A stretch of 64,000 nt of DNA from contig KZ537972.1 in NCBI GenBank assembly GCA_000934665.2, positions 62,001 to 126,000 on the forward strand. The letters are read 5' to 3'. The notes under the pieces were generated by a model. It was given only the letters and a program-made list of their open reading frames with translations. It searched no databases and was not told the DNA's origin. Below are positions 52,901-64,000 of this stretch, piece after piece. The stretch is from Catajapyx aquilonaris. Lineage: Eukaryota. Position 1 is the stretch's first letter. Each line of letters opens with the position of its first letter. The translations under genes and the position numbers were made by a program.

Positions 52901-55693
52901 ATTCTGTAAAGGGCCAGGAAATGAGAAAGCAGCACATCTGCGGTCCTCGGGATTTAACTGGGTGGAAAATCAAAGCTAAGATGGCCGAAGGGAACTTGAA
53001 TGCCCGCTAAATCCGGCGGAGCATGTGCCAACGGAAAACGTCCATTGCGCTCACTTAGGCCCGGTAATCACGGGAGTCGTAATCGGATGGGGGTTGCTAA
53101 CTGCATGACCCCAGCAATATCAAATGCCTCGGCGGTAATTATAATCAGGAAAGTCCATTTCCGCTTCCATGTCGCGTCATTCGTAACATTCGGAGACGCC
53201 GTTTTCAAGGCGGGTGTATACAAAGAGTTATGGGCACGGTTTTAGTCACTTGGTGTTAGTCAATGGGACTCTGGGTTAATAAAAGAATTAGTACCGTTGA
53301 AGCTCGGAAGATAATTTCTGCCTAATGCCATACGCCATGACCGTGATTTGCATGCTGAATATTCTCGTCTCATAAATTTCTCTTAATATTCCCGGCCCCG
53401 TCTCGAGAGGAGGATGTAACTCCCTGCTCTTAATTGCCAACAAAATTGTGGCGGAGCTTGTGCGCCTCTTGGCCTTTCCTACACCGGCGGAAAATGAGGC
53501 CTAAGGGATGAAATTGGAGGCAAGAATGCGTGAGAGGTGTGCCATAACGCAAGCCCATTACGAATCCACTGTCGCAAACCAAAATAAGGCATTACAATTT
53601 AACGGCTAGAGCGTGTCATGTCAAGCAGTCTCATTTGCATACCGGGACTACTAGGAGAGACTGGAATGCATTCCGTGTCGTTTTAGCTCCAAGGGTTTAT
53701 GCACTAGTTTACATAGACTCGGATGATCGGATGCCGCCAGAGAGGAAGACCGTGTGGGTAAGGGTCAGAGTTTCAACATGAGCAGCTAAATTGCAAGCAC
53801 ATAATGTCACAGACTGAAACAACAGCTATACTCCTGAATAATGAATTTTTATATTGTGTGCATAATAATTGTGAGCACACAAAATATGTTGTGCTGTACT
53901 TACTGGGGCAGGTGTTAATTAGCCTCGTAGCGATGCACAATTTGGCGTATAAAATATACAGCCCGCGTCCATGTTTCTAACAGGTCGGTGCTCTGGAGGG
54001 GCGACTTCAAAAGAAATATTAATAACTGAAGTGCTGCTCTGGCGCTATGGTTGGAACATATTGCAGTAGATTAACGTAGTTAAAAGCGAAATTTGACAAA
54101 CTATATAGAGTGAGGGTAGTGAAATTTTAGGTGGCGGAAGCTAAAAATGGTTGGCTCATATTTTACATGCTCTTACGGATTTATTCAGTGCGGAAATGTG
54201 GCTTACACAAACATTGTGCTGAATGCGACATGTGTTACAACATTAATATCAACATATTTGTGTAATACTGTGCAATGAAAACTACTGTACATGGGAAGAA
54301 TTTTTGTTTGGTCCCGGCTGATAGTTTCGTTGGTATTTTTGTGGCATGTAACGGAAACGTGTATGGTACGGATCTACAGTACCTAGCTAGAAGCATATTT
54401 CACTGTAATAACAATATGTAAGTGTGCCTGCCAGCACTCTCCCCTATAAGTGGGCTAAGGTGTCTGCATCTCACTAAGTAATTACGGAGTGTCATTGGAT
54501 AGCTCATTCATGTTGGTGATTTACTTCTTGAAAGTCAACATGCAGTGTCCTGGACGCAGTTGACCACAACAGTTTCATCTGCGCACTTTCCAGGCTGAAG
54601 GGCAAATTCGTTCGGATTTCAGTAGGTACCGCAGGTTTAGAATTGCAAAGCCATGCCCGGGCAGTGTGGTTCTACGCCTGCAAGTTCTACTTTTCGTACG
54701 ACAGGGATGAAGTTGCATACAAGCCAGGATGAACTTTCCAGTGTAGTTTATGCGACTGTTTGAATCAACTAATAAGAAGAGAGAGTAATTACATGTATCG
54801 TACCAATCGTGAGTTATGGCATGCCGCAGTTAGCAATCTCAAAAATGGATCTTCAGTTGCAGTGTGCCTTTAAAATCGGGTTATCCTAATCCCATTTTCT
54901 GCCTCTGGGCCACTGGGAAACCTTCTGGCAATTTTGCATATGTTGCCTGTGCAGAACTGCGTGACGTATCCTCCGTCTGTACGACGCTAGAATATTTCCG
55001 TTGACGAATAGGTTTGCTGGTTTTTTTTAAAAAAAGGAGTGACACGCTGTTGCAAAATACCCTGACTTAAAGGAAGTCCAGATTGTTACACACATTTTAG
55101 TGTGACAAAATCAGACGTTTTGGAAGTCTACTTTCGGAATTAATAGCCTATTCCATATTCTATCTAGTGGTTTCGGCTGCACGTTTGTTAGCTGAGCCCG
55201 ATGTCGATCATCTATGAAGCGTCTAACGATGTGACACATTGCCAGACAGTTTGGGTACTCAAAGGGGATGGCACCACACATAGTCAGCCGATGTCCAAAA
55301 GTGCACGCGAGGCAGTATAAGGGGACAGCCAGGCGATAAATCTGGAATGGCACATGTTGACACTCTCGACTTGTCAAAGCTGCTTACGAAGATGGCTGAC
55401 GCTGTCAGTACGTCCAAATATTCCCGATTCCGAACAGGACCGCGTGGCCGCTGTCAAAGGCAAACGAATTACTCTTGCCAGGAAGAATGTTTCCTCAAGA
55501 TCGATGGAAACTCTCACGGTCTTTGAAGTGGACCCATCTTTAAAATTCGATCGGATCATAATTGAGCCGGAAAAAATCGGCAAAAATTGACTATTGGAAT
55601 TGGGGCCAAAGTGCAAGGTCCGATGTTACAATGCTGATTACAATTACCGTGTGTACAGAGACTCATTGTACCTCTTGTTCATTCTCCCCATAG

Positions 55694-55795
55694 GAATTTG
55701 CCACCCTGACCAAAGAGCTGAACCAGGCCCGAGAGCAGCTGCTGGAGCGAGAGGAAGAGATCGCCGAGCTCAAAGCCGAGAGGAACAACACCAGG
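55694..55795 (+). CDS. Liprin-alpha: Liprin-alpha internal coding exon (102 nt, phase 0/0), N-terminal coiled coil: [34 protein letters not shown]
   Basis: Acceptor ttctccccatAG (AG 55692-55693) and donor AGG|GTGAGT (GT 55796). The translation matches the recalled liprin-alpha/PPFIA/SYD-2 motif EFA.LTKEL...[22 protein letters not shown] and joins in frame to the next exon. This frame is not in the ORF track. Confidence 0.96.
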
Positions 55796-61964
<6,169 letters not shown>

Positions 61965-62674
61965 TAATAATATGTGCAAAAAAAAATTTTATTGGGTAAG
62001 GCGAATACACCCTCCTCTAACTGGACAATTGTTAAGGTTATAGTCAGTACACTTGGTGCTACATTGTGGGGGATTTAGCTCATAAATAGTTGATGTCTCT
62101 CCAGTTGGAGTGCCAAAATTCCGATCTCCTTGTTAGAGGGTGATGGACGAATCCGAACTCTTGATCTAGCTACAACGCCTCATCCATCACGGCTAATTAA
62201 TTTTGCAGCGACCAAAGGCGTGTTAACAATGGCCGGGTCATCTGTTCCATTATGGGCTGCGGAACAAAAGCGTCGGGGAGATTATCTCTCAGCGGCATAA
62301 CTTAAAACCAGTAGAAGCAGAGTTATGCGGACGGATTTATAGATAGTGGGAAGGGTATAAATTTCTTTCTCTCCAAAAAATCGCGGGTCCGGCCCACCTC
62401 CATCCCCAGCCTTTAAAAACCCAATAAATTACCTTCCACTCGAGATTTGTTGGCTCGGGAGAAATTCCTTCTCCTCCTCCTCCTACCACCCTCCATCTTT
62501 TTCTTCTTCTTCTTCCTCCGGAGATGCCACCAGCACCACAACTTAAATCAATACTCCTGCAGCTTCATCAGCATCTTTTCCAATCTCCGCGGTGTTTCTT
62601 CGCCGGAAGGGAACCGTCACCAGTCCTCCGGTCCTTACCGTTTGATATCAAAGTGCAACAGGGTGGCACACAAA

Positions 62675-62843
62675 GACAACCAAGGCAGAATTAAATATCG
62701 GGTGATTACGCCAGGGCATGTAGTTTCTGGTTGGGTTCGCTAGAGGGGGTATGGCGCCTACGAGTGCTGCACTCGAGCGAATCCTGGGCGGAACTATATG
62801 CCCTGGCGTAATCAACCGATATTTAATTCTGCCATTGGTTGTC
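62675..62843. repeat. Long imperfect inverted repeat (about 70-nt arms); MITE-like or fold-back hairpin
   Basis: Left arm GACAACCAAGGCAGAATTAAATATCGGGTGATTACGCCAGGGCATGTAGTT... pairs with right arm ...AACTATATGCCCTGGCGTAATCAACCGATATTTAATTCTGCCATTGGTTGTC. Confidence 0.9.
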
Positions 62844-64000
62844 GGATACATCCAAATTTCTGGGTTTAGCGTGATATTCATTGTTGAATCATATTAGAAG
62901 GTAGTTAACTAATTATACTACCCACAGCCTAGCATCTTAAAAAATAGACATGTCCTTAATATTGATGCCTCTGTGGGACGGTAGGGTTTCATAAGAGGAT
63001 TTCTTATGGACCTCACTATATACCCACCATTCTGCTTGGTGGAGCAGCGGGTGGCGGGCCTCGGCTCCACCAATCAGATCGCTTTTGGTGTCGGTAGGGG
63101 CAGAGGTCGCCGCCTACTTTTTGATAAGTTATGCTGTGGGTACTGTAGTAGGCCTGTGCCGGAATTCTAACTTAAACTCTCGGTTAAAAATCGTGTGATA
63201 TGATTTAAATGAATATTTTACATGCACCATACTTTAAGTTACATGATACGTAAGTTCTAAACACTGCTTAAGTGCTGTCAAAGTATTATAAACTCTGCTT
63301 GCCTCTCCGTATTCCACGCTTAATGTGCTCTTAGTCAGGCTTTTTCGATCGAGTCAGTAAGATGTAGTGTGACACCCTGTACTTTTCCACAGGACCGGAC
63401 CCAACAATTAACATCGATCAGAGAGTGCCATTGAAAGCGCGTCAGATTTGAGGGTTTGGAAATATGTGGTGTTTTGGCAGATCGTTTACCGGGGAACTAT
63501 TAATTACTAAAGCCCCCCCCCCCCCCTTTCTAACTCGGGATGACGTGTTGTGGGATCATAATGCACTGGGACCACGGTTATGTGGTGTGCAGGGGGGTAT
63601 GGGCATGAAAAAGTCTGTGATTGGATTATTTGCATACTATATTCAGAGCCGCACTATACGTCCCCAGGCCTCCCCACCACCCATCCCCACCATAAACATT
63701 CACCTTTGTTATTGTTAATTACTTGTGGCGCCCTCAAAATCCGGCATCAATCATTTCGGCTCCCATTGTTTCAATTTGTCTTCTTTGTCGGACGTATTTT
63801 TCACACGGCGGATCAATGTCCGACCTTTTCAAAATTCTGCTCATGTACCAGACGCGAAACAAGGCCGAAATGCAGTACAACGTTGATTTGAACCGCATAA
63901 AAGCGTCGCGGTGAATGAGGATAATGGCGGATACAGGAATGAATTTAGTGTAATACGAGCAATTTTTGCGGGTTTTTATTTGACTCTTAATTACAGTGGA

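Larger units (their letters stand above)
1..55693 (+). other. Very long upstream intron / alternative-promoter region of liprin-alpha
   Basis: No recognisable protein family was seen and the canonical liprin-alpha N-terminal exon is absent. The sequence is non-coding-like with many homopolymer runs and ends at the acceptor of the 55694 exon. Confidence 0.7.

Noticed and set aside
62467..62545. CTC/CTT/CAC triplet-rich stretch giving LLLLLL/FFFFFF ORF 62447..62743
   Set aside because: Simple low-complexity sequence with no splice or domain support.

Overview
Eukaryotic (animal, most likely arthropod-type) genomic DNA that is almost entirely intronic. The only firmly recognisable coding sequence is two + strand exons of liprin-alpha (PPFIA/SYD-2 family): 55694-55795 (EFATLTKEL...ERNNTR) and 61776-61940 ([25 protein letters not shown]...ALDEK). 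They encode part of the conserved N-terminal coiled coil and have canonical AG/GT phase-0 boundaries. The canonical first coding exon (MCDVMPTI-type) was not seen, so 1-55693 is probably one very long intron. Within it I see two candidate alternative first coding exons with phase-0 donors (12888-13016, 49664-49951). There is also a strong candidate recursive-splicing (ratchet) site at 17126/17127, followed by a 69-nt frame-preserving cryptic exon. Other observations are a dispersed 23-bp repeat, a perfect heat-shock element, several promoter-like motif clusters and a long inverted repeat with nearby hairpins at about 62.7-63.1 kb. Nearly all other entries in the ORF track look like chance ORFs. 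I found no prokaryotic features, CRISPR array, tRNA/rRNA or intact transposase.
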